A stretch of 64,000 bases of DNA from Chrysomallon squamiferum. Its lineage: Eukaryota; Animalia; Mollusca. Both the position numbers and the translations under genes were made by a program. Position 1 is the first letter of the stretch; every line of letters begins with the position of its first letter. Shown here piece by piece: positions 27,759-40,500 of the stretch. The notes beneath the pieces are model-generated. The model saw only the letters and a program-made list of their open reading frames with translations, did not search any database and was not told where the DNA came from. The DNA lies in contig CM022669.1 in NCBI GenBank assembly GCA_012295275.1, forward strand, positions 11,160,001-11,224,000. The letters are read 5' to 3'.

Positions 27759-30700
27759 AAAATCAGTCTTCGCTACTTTGTCGCTTTTTTACCTACCTGG
27801 AATTGTTCATTGTTTTGTAACTGTCATCAGATCTGAAAAATAGAGGAAAAAAGAACTAAAATAAATATGTTTCAGGCCTCTTCAAAACTGTAACGGGTAG
27901 AAAATGTCATTTTATAGAAATAACTCTAATTCTTTGTTTTCAAGTAGTTTATCTTAGTTATCTCCCTTTGATTTCACTTTCCTACTATGTCAAAGTTTAC
28001 TTTTGATGAAGCGAAAAAAATAAGCAACGATAATAAATATTATATTTTCTGGTTTTCTTTGCTAATGACAAACACGTAATAATAAAAAGATCATGCAGAT
28101 GCATGAAATCTCACATTATTTGTTTTGTTTGGTGACTTTTGTTTCCTATATAGAACAATTAAAATATTTAGAAAAAGACTGAGTTGATCGTGGATACGGG
28201 AATTTTGCAAATTATTTACTTAGTCTGTGCAGGATTTTTGTAATTTTGAACGAAATGACGCACGACATGTCAATCCGGACCCATATATCTTAAGTTTGTT
28301 ATTTTATTATTGTTCTACTTTATTATTAACAAAGAGATTGTACCCGTGTTAAATATAATATTTAAAAAAACAAACAAAAAAAACACATAAAGAATAAGTA
28401 TGTAAAATACGTATTTAAATTATTAATTTGTGCATTTTGTAAGTGTATATTCTTTATTATTAATAATGATTAGATTCATTTATTTTTTTTAATAATTATT
28501 ATATTTAGTTATTATTAACTGTGTGTTTCTATTTAATGCCTTTTTAATGATTGATTCATTTATTTTTAAATATTCTGTTAATTTTAGTTATTATTAATTT
28601 AATGTTCCAATTAGGATTAATAATGATTAGATTCATTTATTTTTTTTTTTTTTTTTGTTAATTCATAATATTATAACTGTTAATTCAGTAATGATTAGAT
28701 TCATTTATTTTTTAAATAATTATTAACTGTTAATTCAGTGTTTCATATTAATTTAATTAATGTTCCAATGTAGGCTATTAATAATGATTAGATTCATTTA
28801 TTTTTTAAATAATTATTATACTGTTAATTCAGTAATAGTTATCATATTAACTGTGTGTTTCTATTTAATGTTCCAATGTAGGCTATTAATAATGATTAGA
28901 TTCATTTATTTTTTTAAATAATTATTATATTGTTGAATAGTTATCATATTAACTGTGTGTTCCTATTTCCAGTTCCTCCTTCGGTGAGACTTCCGAACAA
29001 ACGGATCGGTCAGGTGTGGGGCAAAGAGACGATTCTGGAATGTAGGGTGACCGCCTTCCCGCAAGAAATTACCATGTGGACGAGGAACAAAAAACAGTTA
29101 CACAACACCGCTAAGTACCGCATTGAACTTTACGACGAAGGAGACAATACGCTGACACTTAGTCTGAGAATCAGAAATCTAGAGCCCAATGATTTTGGAA
29201 TTTATGTGTGTGAGGCCTACAACAGCCTGGGAAAGGATACTCAGAAAATGGAGCTTTTTGGTGAGTCGGGTTCACACTACTGGAGCTTAGTTATAATGGA
29301 TAAAAGAACACAAACGGAGTATAAACTGTATATAGGAAATTACGTATCGTTTGACTCGTTATATATACTGATTCTTGTTTAATTCGGATAACACATTAAA
29401 CAAAATGAAAAAGAAAAAAGAAACAAACGTTTTTAAGGTACAAAAAAAAAATCAACACGTCTAGCGAAAGAACTAAATCTATTATCATATAGGCAATCAC
29501 ATACGAGTCGTAGAACGAATGTATATTTAAATGGAGACAAGCATTTTTATCATTTATAACCATAATTAGCTCAGATATCCTTGTAAATAAGGTTAATCAT
29601 TTTTACAGTGCAATTATAGCTATTATAGCTTCGTAAATAATCAATCTAGCTTCCAGGATCTAAGCATAGATGAATGGACATGTCACAGGTGTACGATTAT
29701 ATTACACAACATAATAACTGCAGTGTGTTTATTTGACATTTTTCAGATTACACTGCCTACCACGTTACGTCAACAACGACTGCACCGACCAGCCTCCACT
29801 CTGTGTTCAACAGCACGTCAAACGTCAAATACGTTCCTCGGACGCAGTTTTCTAAAAAGAATCTGAAAGGGAACGGTGTCGTAGACGTAGCTAACGCCAG
29901 CCCGACCACGACGGCGTCGCGCAGGAGTAACCACCCTAAAGCACCTGGTAAAGCCTTGTCGGCTCCACCCATTTCTCAGCAGAGTGGCATGACTGGTTTG
30001 TGCTCGGGCAGTTTGATGCCGATTTGTAGGTGTTATAGAACAAATAGCTAGTTTTGCCAGCCTTCACATCCCATCCAAATATATGTTTTCAGTACCTTTA
30101 GAGTTACATTTTCCAATTTTGTTAATCCCACCAATAAACTTGTATTAATAGTTGTACATAGTTGTCCCATCGGATGTGTACATATATTTATAGTTACGAG
30201 TCGCAAAATAAATGTTTTGAAAAATAAAATACAGTCAGAATTCTCACTGATAACTAAAAATATTATATCCCAAACTTGGAACGATATTTAAAAACAAATG
30301 TAAGGAGCCCATTCTTTCTTATAATACACAGTATTGTATTCTTTCTTTAGGCTAAGTCTGATGGATTAATTAATTCCAGATAATCATAACATATATAAAA
30401 ATATTTTGTTTTCGTTTACCCACCTTCGAAAATATGTGACATTTGTGTTAACTTCAAGGCTGTTGATTACGTAGTCTGTCGTTTATTCTTTGATTGTCTG
30501 TTCTTGTTTCCTGATCTCTATTTTTCTCTTCTTGTTTTTCTGTTAAATGTTGTTCGTTCTAAGCTTTATCTACGTCATGTTGTTCATTGTTTCTCCTTCG
30601 TCATCCGTTCAGCTTTGTTTGTGCCTGTCCGAACTTGTTCTGTAAAACTTCGTCAAAAATGTCTTACGTAGGAAATGATTAATTTTATTTATAAAAAGAA

Positions 30701-31203
30701 GAAGAAGAAAACAACAAAAAACAACAACATTAAAGTGTAGTTTTGGTTCTAGGAACATATGTTCATATTATGTATATTTCGATACATTATTATTATTATT
30801 ATCATCATCATTACCATCATCATCATTTTAGGATTGTTATCATTATTTCATAATAATTATTTTACGTTCTTCTTCTGTCATACTTTATTATTAGCAAATA
30901 TTTATCGTATATTGAAAAATAATAAAAAAAAAAAAAAAAACCCACGTTAAAACAAAATACAATAAAGTCGTTTGTTCATTATACGAAAGATATACTTTAA
31001 ATCTGTTGTAAATAACGTTTTAAATCATGTACCAAACAAACATTTAATAGTTTAAATAAAATGTTCTGTTAATTGTTGTTTTTTCAGGTGATACGCATTC
31101 TGATGCTATTGGTTCAACATGGATCGTGTTTTCTTTTCCACATCTGCTTCCCGCCATTTTCAGTCTTATTTCTGTTTTCATGGTTACCATGACTACGTCC
31201 TGA
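22575..31203 (+). CDS. DIP/Lachesin/IgLON-like 3-Ig GPI-anchored cell adhesion protein (spliced, 5'-incomplete): join(22575..22684,24792..24996,26726..26902,27413..27541,28973..29260,29747..29947,31088..31203)
   Basis: All introns are GT-AG with compatible phases (start 1; then 0,1,1,1,1,1), giving about 408 codons plus stop. Three Ig domains carry the C...W...D-x-x-x-Y-x-C pattern, followed by a Ser/Thr stalk and a hydrophobic C-terminus. Ig1 motifs (EPSFDVPMANVSV, AILPCSV, LLTFEDRRII, YNCQVNTSP) resemble DIP/Lachesin. Confidence 0.9.
24792..24996 (+). CDS. DIP-like exon B, C-terminal half of Ig1 (VVWTDQWSTLLTFEDRRIIDDERISVERPFTEDWNMHIRSVKHSDQGIYNCQVNTSPVKIKTVDLKVF)
   Basis: tttccAG acceptor and GTgagt donor at 24997. 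Length 205 nt. Matches ORF 24792..25007. Confidence 0.95.
26726..26902 (+). CDS. DIP-like exon C, first part of Ig2 (VPAKILNRHASDHFTVREGDTVTLACNVTGIPMPTVTWFRYKIRDNKIKTEVPFCKGTN)
   Basis: ttacAG acceptor and GTaaga donor at 26903. Length 177 nt, phase 1-1. Contains the I-set motif VREGxxVTLxCxxxGxPxPxVTW. Confidence 0.92.
27413..27541 (+). CDS. DIP-like exon D, second part of Ig2 (RIGMNGEVLLIYNISRHCGDVYECVADNGIPPSVSRQMRVSVE)
   Basis: Too short for the ORF track. tgtttcAG acceptor and GTaagt donor at 27542. Length 129 nt. Has the YECVADNGIPP motif typical of Lachesin/DIP Ig2. Confidence 0.93.
28455..28972 (+). repeat. AT-rich degenerate tandem repeat ending at the acceptor of DIP-like exon E
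   Basis: TAATGATTAGATTCATTTATTTTTT and ATTAACTGTGTGTT(T/C)CTATTT recur. The last copy supplies the splice acceptor. Confidence 0.85.
28973..29260 (+). CDS. DIP-like exon E, Ig3 (FPPSVRLPNKRIGQVWGKETILECRVTAFPQ...DFGIYVCEAYNSLGKDTQKMELF)
   Basis: tttccAG acceptor and GTgagt donor at 29261. Length 288 nt. Encodes a complete Ig domain with DFGxYxCxAxNSLG. Confidence 0.95.
29747..29947 (+). CDS. DIP-like exon F, Ser/Thr/Pro-rich stalk (alternative in-frame donor after 29995)
   Basis: tttttcAG acceptor with an open frame reading DYTAYHVTSTTTAPTS...NHPKAP. Donor is GTaaag at 29948 or GTttgt at 29996, both phase 1. Confidence 0.8.
31088..31203 (+). CDS. DIP-like terminal exon, GPI-signal-like C-terminus (GDTHSDAIGSTWIVFSFPHLLPAIFSLISVFMVTMTTS*)
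   Basis: ttttttcAG acceptor. Small residues are followed by a hydrophobic tail with no cytoplasmic domain. TGA at 31201-03. Confidence 0.85.
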
Positions 31204-32502
31204 CAGACCGCGGACGTACAGAAGTCAAAGACTTAACTGATTAACCCAACAATGCCCCATCAACTTGCCTCCACAGTATTACTCTTCATCTGGAAATATT
31301 CATCAACAACTTTAATATTTTGAACTGTTTTACTAATGGTGCATATTTCTTATATAACTTTCAAAATCAAAATTTCTTTCCAGAGAGAGACAGACATGAA
31401 GGACAGAAATGATTTCAAATTTACGCGTTCTGAAGATGCTTGATGGGGAAATCACATTCCAAATATAATTTCTGAATTTTAAATCATACTTTTTGCGTGA
31501 CGCAAATCTTCGGATGTCGAGGACCGTGTTTATATGAACCTCTCACACTGATTGTTATTTTTGATCGCACTAAATTGATTTTATAAGTGAATGTAGATAA
31601 TCCACACCTGGATTGTTAAGAATTACTATTCAGTGATGGTGTTAAAACAATTTTTCTATCAAATACTGAACCATATCAGAAATAGTAACAATGGAGACCA
31701 ATATATTTTTTTGTTTTTCGTTTGATTTTAAAAGGTACAGAAATAAATAAAAGTACTGTTTGGTACTTTGAAATAGCAGATGCAAGAAATATGTCAAAGC
31801 TTCAGATAAAACGAGAAATATACAATTATTTGTGAAAGAACATACACCAAGAATGAAAATGTAAAAACCAGTGGATTGTTTAATCCAGGAGACGAAATAT
31901 TTTATATATATATATATAAATGTTACTGATTAAATACCAGAAGGAGATGCATTCAGTAAAATTCCGTTTGTCTACGAAAATAACCTTCGAATTCGTCATC
32001 TTCTTATTTTTAACATTTGCAAAATTAATTTTCTTCGCCACGGGAGATAATTCATCTAGAAGATTTCTTAATGGTGTATTTCATCTTTATTGCTCTTTTT
32101 TTTATATAATTATTGTACGATGAGATATTATCGCCTTTGCGGAAAAGGAAATGAAAAATATATAAATTTTGAAAATATTATTACGTATAATAACAATGAA
32201 TAAAGATTATGAATTATACATATCATAGCTTAATAAAATAACATAAAAAATTAAATAAATAAAATAGTGCGCTTAGGCCTATGATTTCTACGGTTCTGTG
32301 TACACGCGTGACAGTTAACACGCTAAATCCAGCTTATGTTATTCTATCACTGTTTGTGACGTGTGTTCTTGCTACGCTAGAACACTGAAACCACGTTTGC
32401 TTCCTTGTGTCTGTCCGTACGCATCATTTTTTTTTTTTTTTTATATCTTTGCTGATCAAACTGCTTCCATATTTATTATTGAATTTATTATTGGATTATT
32501 GA

Positions 32503-32548
<46 letters not shown>

Positions 32549-32635
32549 GTAAATTAAAAAACAAAATTTTACACCTACGACAGAACTTAAAACGAAATTA
32601 AATTCTGGATATTTTGGTAAGATTGGATTATTGAA

Positions 32636-32681
<46 letters not shown>

Positions 32682-32877
32682 TAATTGGAAGCTTGTAAGG
32701 AAATGGACTGGTTTTAGGACAATGGGCGCCATTGATAATAAAATGTATTTTATTGTGATTGAATGCTAATGCTTGTATAGACTTGTATTTGTACAGATCA
32801 GTTAATGTATAAATATTTATTTTCTAAAATGAAAAGAGATTTGTAACTGTCTTTCTGTTTCATTTCACTCCCGAACC

Positions 32878-32986
<109 letters not shown>

Positions 32987-33696
32987 CCTTCTATCTTTCT
33001 TTCTCCATCTCTGTAACTATGATAACTGAAGAACAATGTATATATGAAAACAAAGTGATTATGTATGTGATTGATTATGTATATTGCACATCATTTTATT
33101 TGCCATAGAATATAAATGTGTATAAATAAAGATTCATTAAAACATACCATTCCTAGTTTACTTTTCTTTTAGGGGATAAAAAAAAACATGAAAACATTCA
33201 TACTTCTAACGACTCTTTTGAAATAAAAATTACATGGCTTTAACAACAAAGATATCTAAAAAATGATATTTAAATTTTTGTTGCTTTTCTTTATTAATCA
33301 AAAGTGTTTGTTGTTTTTGTTGTGTAATTATAGATAATAGTGGTGGGATTTTTTTTAAAATTATTATTATACATTAAAGTTCATTCTCCTTTGCTTTGAA
33401 CATTAATTATAAATATTGAAAGGAAAAAGGAAAACGAATTTTAGACTCAGTACTGAAATATAACTATGAAAGATTTGATGCTAATTTACTAAAATTTGAA
33501 ATTAACAGTAAAAGAAATAATAATATTGTTCTTTTTTTTTTTTTTTTTTTTTGTCCGTATAACTGTATAATTTTGTGTTATTTTGTATATCAGTCAAGTG
33601 CAAACTGCTGCTTTCTGAGTGGCCCGCCTAATTACTTCCCTTCTTATCCGAGTTACTTCCCTTTTTTTTTTTTTTTCAATGTGCATGCAAAGGGGG

Positions 33697-33794
33697 TATC
33701 AACGATTAGCTATTTAGGCTGCAGATGCCCATAAGCGTAAACATTAATTTTGATGCGTCTGGGCTTCCGCAGCCGCAATAGCTAATCGTTGATA
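33697..33794. repeat. 98-bp gap-free imperfect palindrome with perfect 18-bp outer arms
   Basis: TATCAACGATTAGCTATT at 33697-714 and its reverse complement AATAGCTAATCGTTGATA at 33777-794. The inner arms also pair around a central ATTAAT. Confidence 0.93.
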
Positions 33795-34072
33795 TAGAAT
33801 TACCTCCTTCGCCTAAATTAGTACCTGCAGCCCGCCTGAGAAAGAGCCATGTGTCATGTAGCCCGCTTCTCGAAAAAGGTTGCCCATACCTGCGGTATGT
33901 ATTCATGCATGATGTTATTAATACTTAAATATTTCATCTCACTTACCATTACGTTTTCACTTACTCATTATATAAATTAAATTAAACCGGTAGTACTGTC
34001 ATCTTGTTATTAGAAATTGATGTCAAAATTTGTTTGCACATTCACTGTGGAAATAATAAAAACAACAATACA

Positions 34073-34103
34073 GTTTGCTAGGCAACCAATTACAATGACG
34101 TAA
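34073..34103 (+). promoter_or_regulatory. RFX X-box-like + CCAAT + CRE-like cluster (putative promoter)
   Basis: GTTTGCTAGGCAAC (34073-86), CCAAT (34086-90) and TGACGTAA (34096-103) lie in the last CpG-containing patch before a CpG-poor domain. Confidence 0.5.
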
Positions 34104-34287
34104 CAGAAATTGGGTTCTCGAATCCGACAAACGTCTCATATGATCGAGACTTAATGTCGTCTGCACGGAACTTCAGAAGCGATAAGTAAACGAGACGCCA
34201 AAAACAAGTATGCAGTAATACTAATAACATATTTTTATTTATAAGGAAATTTAATCCCTTTTTCTTTCTTCAGACAAAACCTTCAGG

Positions 34288-34350
<63 letters not shown>

Positions 34351-35220
34351 ACGCACACAAACAAACACACACATTATTATTTTACCTTTATTTATATAGT
34401 TGTTTTATGTAATTATAGCAAAAATGAGAAGACAGTACAACAGTTAACTGGAAACTTTATTTCACAAAACATTAACATTAGTGATAATGAAATTCTGGAG
34501 AAGTTGCATAATTTGTTTCTTTTTTTTTTTTTTTTTTTTTTAAATTAAATAAATAATTATAATAAATAAATAAATTAATTAAAAATTAAAAAGATTATCT
34601 ACATCAACATTTATTTTAACTATTTAAAGAAATAATTCCTACCATTTAATTTTTTAAACAGCAATTCAGAGGATTAAATAATAACTATTTTTCTTCTCAG
34701 TTTAGTAGAAATACTAATTTACTGTACAGATAGATTTATTAATAGCCATTGTAATATTCAGATGTGATAAAAAAACCAATTACAACCTCTGACAATTTTG
34801 CATTTCATCTGAATTAACCACTTTTTTACTGTAATATTTCTGTTATAATTCAGATTATTTTTTGAAGGTATATTTGTTTCTCTTTTACATTATAAATCTT
34901 AATTATTTTAAGCATATGGCTGTTAATGTTCATCATAATGATTTTAAAAGATACACTTTTTATATTATAATATGGAAGTTCTTTTTACTTGATATTTATT
35001 AGTGTTCTGTTGTATTCTGTCTAAATTATTGCTGATGAATTTTATATTAGTAAAATTTCAAAGCATAACATCACTGAAACCTAGTAGAATTGTATTAGCA
35101 ATAACTATTTTTGTAAGTTAATTGGGAAGTAGAGTGTCATCCAAAACACAATATTTTGGGTCATAATATTAATTCTCTTTGACATACTAAACATCTGTTT
35201 TCACTTCTTGAACATGTCTC

Positions 35221-35274
<54 letters not shown>

Positions 35275-37449
35275 ATATTATTATTATTATTATTACTATT
35301 ATTATTATAGAAGATTTCTTGTGTCATATTACCATTACAAAACCTGAATTACGTTTAGCGAAAGTATAAATGTATTGAGGGTGTCATTAAATAAACACTT
35401 ACTCATTCATTCAGGTCAACAAATTGGGCAGAATAAACAATAATTAGGAAAGAAAAGTGTATAAATATTATGAGTAAAACTTAAATAAATAACAAGACCC
35501 CAAAAATCTCATTTATATTCTAAGAAAATATAATTAATTAATCTTAATAAAAATGTATTAATAATAATAATTATAATTATAATATTAAAAATCAAAAAAT
35601 CAATTTTATTTTGATCCCATTACTTAAGTTTCATTGAAAACAAAATATGAATTTTAACTTACCAGCAAAAATAAGCAGTTTTTCTCTTTTGCTTTGTCTG
35701 ATTTTTGGAAGGAAACAATGTATGTATGAAATAGTGAACTGGTACAAGGGGACATCAGAAAACAGATAAACATTTTAATTATAACAAAAACAAAGAAAGA
35801 ACAGGCACCTTATCTATCAAGATATTTATTTCTGTATTTGTAGAATTATTTATGGAATGTTTGGTTTTATGGTACAGATTAAAAACATGATTGCATTGTA
35901 ATAATAACATGCAACAAATTTATAAAATGTATATACCATAAATTCCTGAAATGAAATTTCTTTTAATAAATAATTATGTTTGTGCCAAATTGTTATTAAT
36001 GTATGATAAACATATTAGCCTATTTTTTATTATAACAATAAAAATATACGTTGTTGTCATGTATTTGTTAAAGGTTACATTAAGATCCCCTATTAATATT
36101 CATAAACTGTAAGATGCTTGAGATATGAATCCAATGTCATGATATATTGCCCCATATTATTTACCTTACAGCACAGAATAATGACATTTTACTGTTTAAT
36201 CAATTTATTACTGATCTACATCTAATTTCAAATGAACAAAAAGTGATCTTGTTTTCTAAATATAATTTAATTTATATTGGCACTGCTCAGTGTTTCAGGG
36301 TTATGTATGTATTCACCATGTTAGTAAGATCATCATTTGCACTTGATGATTAAATGTGATTTCAAATTTGAAATATACATGTACATAAATTCTATTTACA
36401 TTCAAATATACAATAATTTCTATATTTAGTCTTTCCCACTTTATTTTTTCAATGCACACACTTACAGTAGTTTTCTGTTTTAATAAATTCATTGCACTCC
36501 CATTTCTTCAGTAAACATTTACATCCACAAGTCAGATTTCTAAAATTTGTGCTTAATGTCAGTTTATATTCTATTTTTCATTTTTTTTTTTTTTTGACTG
36601 AAAACAACTACTATTTCTTTCTGAAATAGAAATAACTTTGTGTATGGATTGATGTCTATATAATGAGTGTAACACGCAGATATCTCATTTGCTCACACAC
36701 ACATGTGCACACTTGTTCCTACACACATATATAGTCATATACACTGTTTTATGCATCTCAAACATTCTTCACACTTGTTAAATGACATTTTGATCAGAAA
36801 CTAAAATCATTAATTTATTTTCTTACATGAAATAACAAACAGAAAAAGTAAAATCTGTCCTGATGTCATATTCTGTAGTTTATCTAAACCTTGCACTTTT
36901 CATTAATAAAATCATAACATTATTATGGATCCAAAACTCCATTATGAATAAATAGTTCAACTTTTAATAAATACTGTGTCATTTATATGTGCTACATTAT
37001 TTACAGCAATCATAATTTTGTTTTCGATTCTTTAGTTATTACTGAATTATTTCCCTTCCTTAACAGCACATTGAAAATACAATGAGTTTTTATTTCTATG
37101 GAATATTTCTCAATGCTTTTGCAACTGTTTTCCCATTTTTCTTCATATTGTTACATCCTTTTCTCTTTCTTTTCTTCACAAAAATTTATTTATGTTCTAA
37201 ATAACAGAAACACACTTTTCTTTCTTCTTTTTATTCACTCACAGAAATTCCTTGAAATCTTCATACACTTGTTTATTGGTGATTTCACCAGTTACCTCCC
37301 CTGAATCATTCTTTTTATCACATTGGATATATCTGTACATATTTACGAATTGCCTAACCACTTACAAATAACTTATATGTACACAGGTTAAAGAAATATA
37401 ATTTATATGCACACATATTAAATTATAATGTAATTTATATGCATATAGG

Positions 37450-37592
37450 CTAAAGTAATGATGTCTGAAGTAGGTGTGAATGAAAGGTCCAGTAAAAAGT
37501 GTGTAAAAACAGAGATAGTAACACTGTTATATTACAGCAGAATGCATATGTAGAGTTTTGGCTGTTTTTGCCTTCATCTGTAGTTGAGGTCC
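37450..37592 (-). CDS. Dpr-like terminal exon (RTSTTDEGKNSQNSTYAFCCNITVLLSLFLHTFYWTFHSHLLQTSLL*), GPI-signal/hydrophobic tail
   Basis: Poly-T ttttgcAG acceptor. A polar spacer is followed by a hydrophobic segment and TAG. Confidence 0.8.
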
Positions 37593-40500
37593 CTGCAAAA
37601 AAAAAAAATAATAATAATATGAAAGGGGTAAACATATTAGATTTATAAATAATATATATTGAATAGCTAACAGTGTATAAGATATTAATCAGTATTTTAT
37701 GTTTATTTTTATTTTTTATTTTTTAACTTTTTATATTACATTAGGAAGATACTTTATGTAATTTGTTTTAACTTCATATGCCATGTACGAGTTTTCTTCT
37801 TGTACTTCAGTTTGATTCTATTATAAAAATTTAAATAAATAAAAATTGTGAAAGATAAAGGTAATTATTTATTTATATATTATCTATTTCAGTAGTAGAC
37901 ATAATTAAATCATGGTTATTAATGAATTTTTTATATAAATATTTTTATTATCTGCAATCAAAAACTGCATTTTGCACATCAATTTTAATATTAACTGTTT
38001 CTGGTTGTTTTATTCAAATACCCAGAATTTTATGTCTTAAAATAACATATAAAAGACATTCTAATATATAATGATTATAGCGAATAAAGAGTTATAGGTT
38101 AAATACTTTACTTACGTTTTACATTCTGTGTTCCAGCTGTAATTAAAAACAAAATTAAACATATCAATATGTATATACAATGTTTAAAATAAATAAATAA
38201 ACTAACCTATATACATTTTTCATACATTATTTTATTTATTTCAACAGATAACGCTACATTTGTGGTAACATTATATCAAGCCTGTGAAAAGATAAGGAGA
38301 CAAAACTTTCTTTTGTTTCTTGTATAATAAAGATTATGTATGAAGTTATTATATACACTGCACATATATAAAACAAAATATCTTAATAAACACACTTTGA
38401 TACCAACAACTGAGAAATAATTAATAAATAATTGTCTCAAAATAGTTTTAGAATTTAAGAATTATGTTTCTCGTGTTCTGGAATAAATTAATTATTAATA
38501 GTTTACATTAAAAAATCCCTTCCATGATAACTCACCATTGAGAACGTGAACTTTGATGCTGGTGATATCTGAATTGCTGCTGCGGCAGACGTATGTGCCA
38601 GCGTCGTTCATGTTGCTGTGCTTGAGGTCCAGCACACTGACTAGTGTTTTTGTTGGATGGAATTTGAATTTGTCTATTGTGATTTTCTGATGAGCATCAG
38701 GTGTGATCTTTATTCCATCCTTGAACCAGGTCAGGTCACTAGGAGGGTTTTCAGATCCTGATGCATTGCAGACCACATGGATTGGGTCTCCTTTCTCAAC
38801 AAACTTAGTCCCAGAAACAAAAATAGCTGAAAACAAGAGTTAATGTGATTGTAAAAAAAAAACAGGTCAAAATGAAAAATTTTTTTTTTTTTTTTTTTTT
38901 TTACTTACATTTTAATGCAATGAAGTTAAAATTGAGGTTTGTTTCTGTTTTCTTTTTTACACTGGATGAATACTTAAAATGCTGACTTAATAAGTTAATA
39001 TGTTAAGTTAATATTTTGCTTATTAAGTATCATTTACATAGAAATATTCATAAAATTAAAATCAATGCAATTGTAGCAATAATACTGGCTTTATTAATCT
39101 ACTTGTCTTTGTAATACAACATATTTATTGAACCTTCTAAACTGGTTTGCAGTATATAATAGATGTATTATCTTAAACATGATTTTAATTATTAAACAGT
39201 GATTTTTTTTTATATCACATTTAATTGATCATAATATTAATATTCATACCTGGTTTTGCTTTTGGATTTAAATCTGAAAAATAAAAAAAACTATACAGTT
39301 TATGGAGAACATACAATATGAAATTCTTGTAATTATATAATAGATTTGATTTAAAAAAAAATAAATAAATAAATAAATATAAGGAATAATATATAAAATA
39401 GAGAAAATATTTATAAACAAATAAATATCTTAATGTTTAATATTAGTACTGATTTTGATTTCTTAAAAATATACTTTTGAAAATAATGTAATAGTTCATT
39501 TATTAAATGTTTATATAATGAATTTTGGGGATCAAGTATCACTGGTTTAGCTTTCATTTGAAAGTTAAGAATATTGTTATTGTATTGTTATTAACTGTTT
39601 ATTTTATTTTATTTTGAAAAATGTGCTGAGAGAATTGTAATTTGCACAGAAAAAGATAGACAATTAGCATTGCATATAATAAGCATACACAGAGACAGCC
39701 ATATTAAATGTTAAATGAAACTGTACAAATATTAACTGTAGTTTGTAGGCTAGAAGTTAATTACATTGTTAGTAAAACAAACAATTCAGCTTTGATAAAC
39801 TGAGAATACACATTGTGTGTGTGTGTGTGTGTGTTTGTCTTTGTGCATGTGTGAGTGTGTGGTGAACGTATGTGTTTATGAGTATTTTAGAAATGTGAAC
39901 AAATAAGTTTAGTCAAAATTTGAAAGGTGTATTTTAATTAAATATCATGCATCAATGATTATATGTGACATGCTTTAATACACAAATTAATTAACAAAAC
40001 AAAACAAAAAATAAATAAAACTTTTACATCCAAAGGAGTATTAATAAACTGAAAACATATTCAAGCCAAAAAAAGTAATAACTGTAATTTTAAATATAAA
40101 AAAGAAACCACAGAATTACATGTGCAAACAATCAGATGTGAAGGGGCAAATAACTCTAAAAGGCAGGAGGAAACAAGTGAATTGTCTACCTTTTTCCAAG
40201 TTCTCATAGTTTATCCTCTCAGGACGGGCTGTTGCTGGCAGCAAAATAAAATGTAGCATTAATTTTAAAATAACACCTTTCTGACAGACTGGCTTTTCTG
40301 CTTTCTAATTTATGTTAAACCTTTTGAATTAAAAAATAAAATGTGTTTACTTTTTTATGTTAATAATAATTTTAAAAAAAAGTCATAAAAGAAAAAGAAG
40401 AAAGAAAAATAGGAAATAATTGTTTAAGAATTATAATTAAAAACCTATATTTTAAGCCTGTATTTAATCTCAAATTGTAGGGGGTGTGTGTGTGCGTGTG

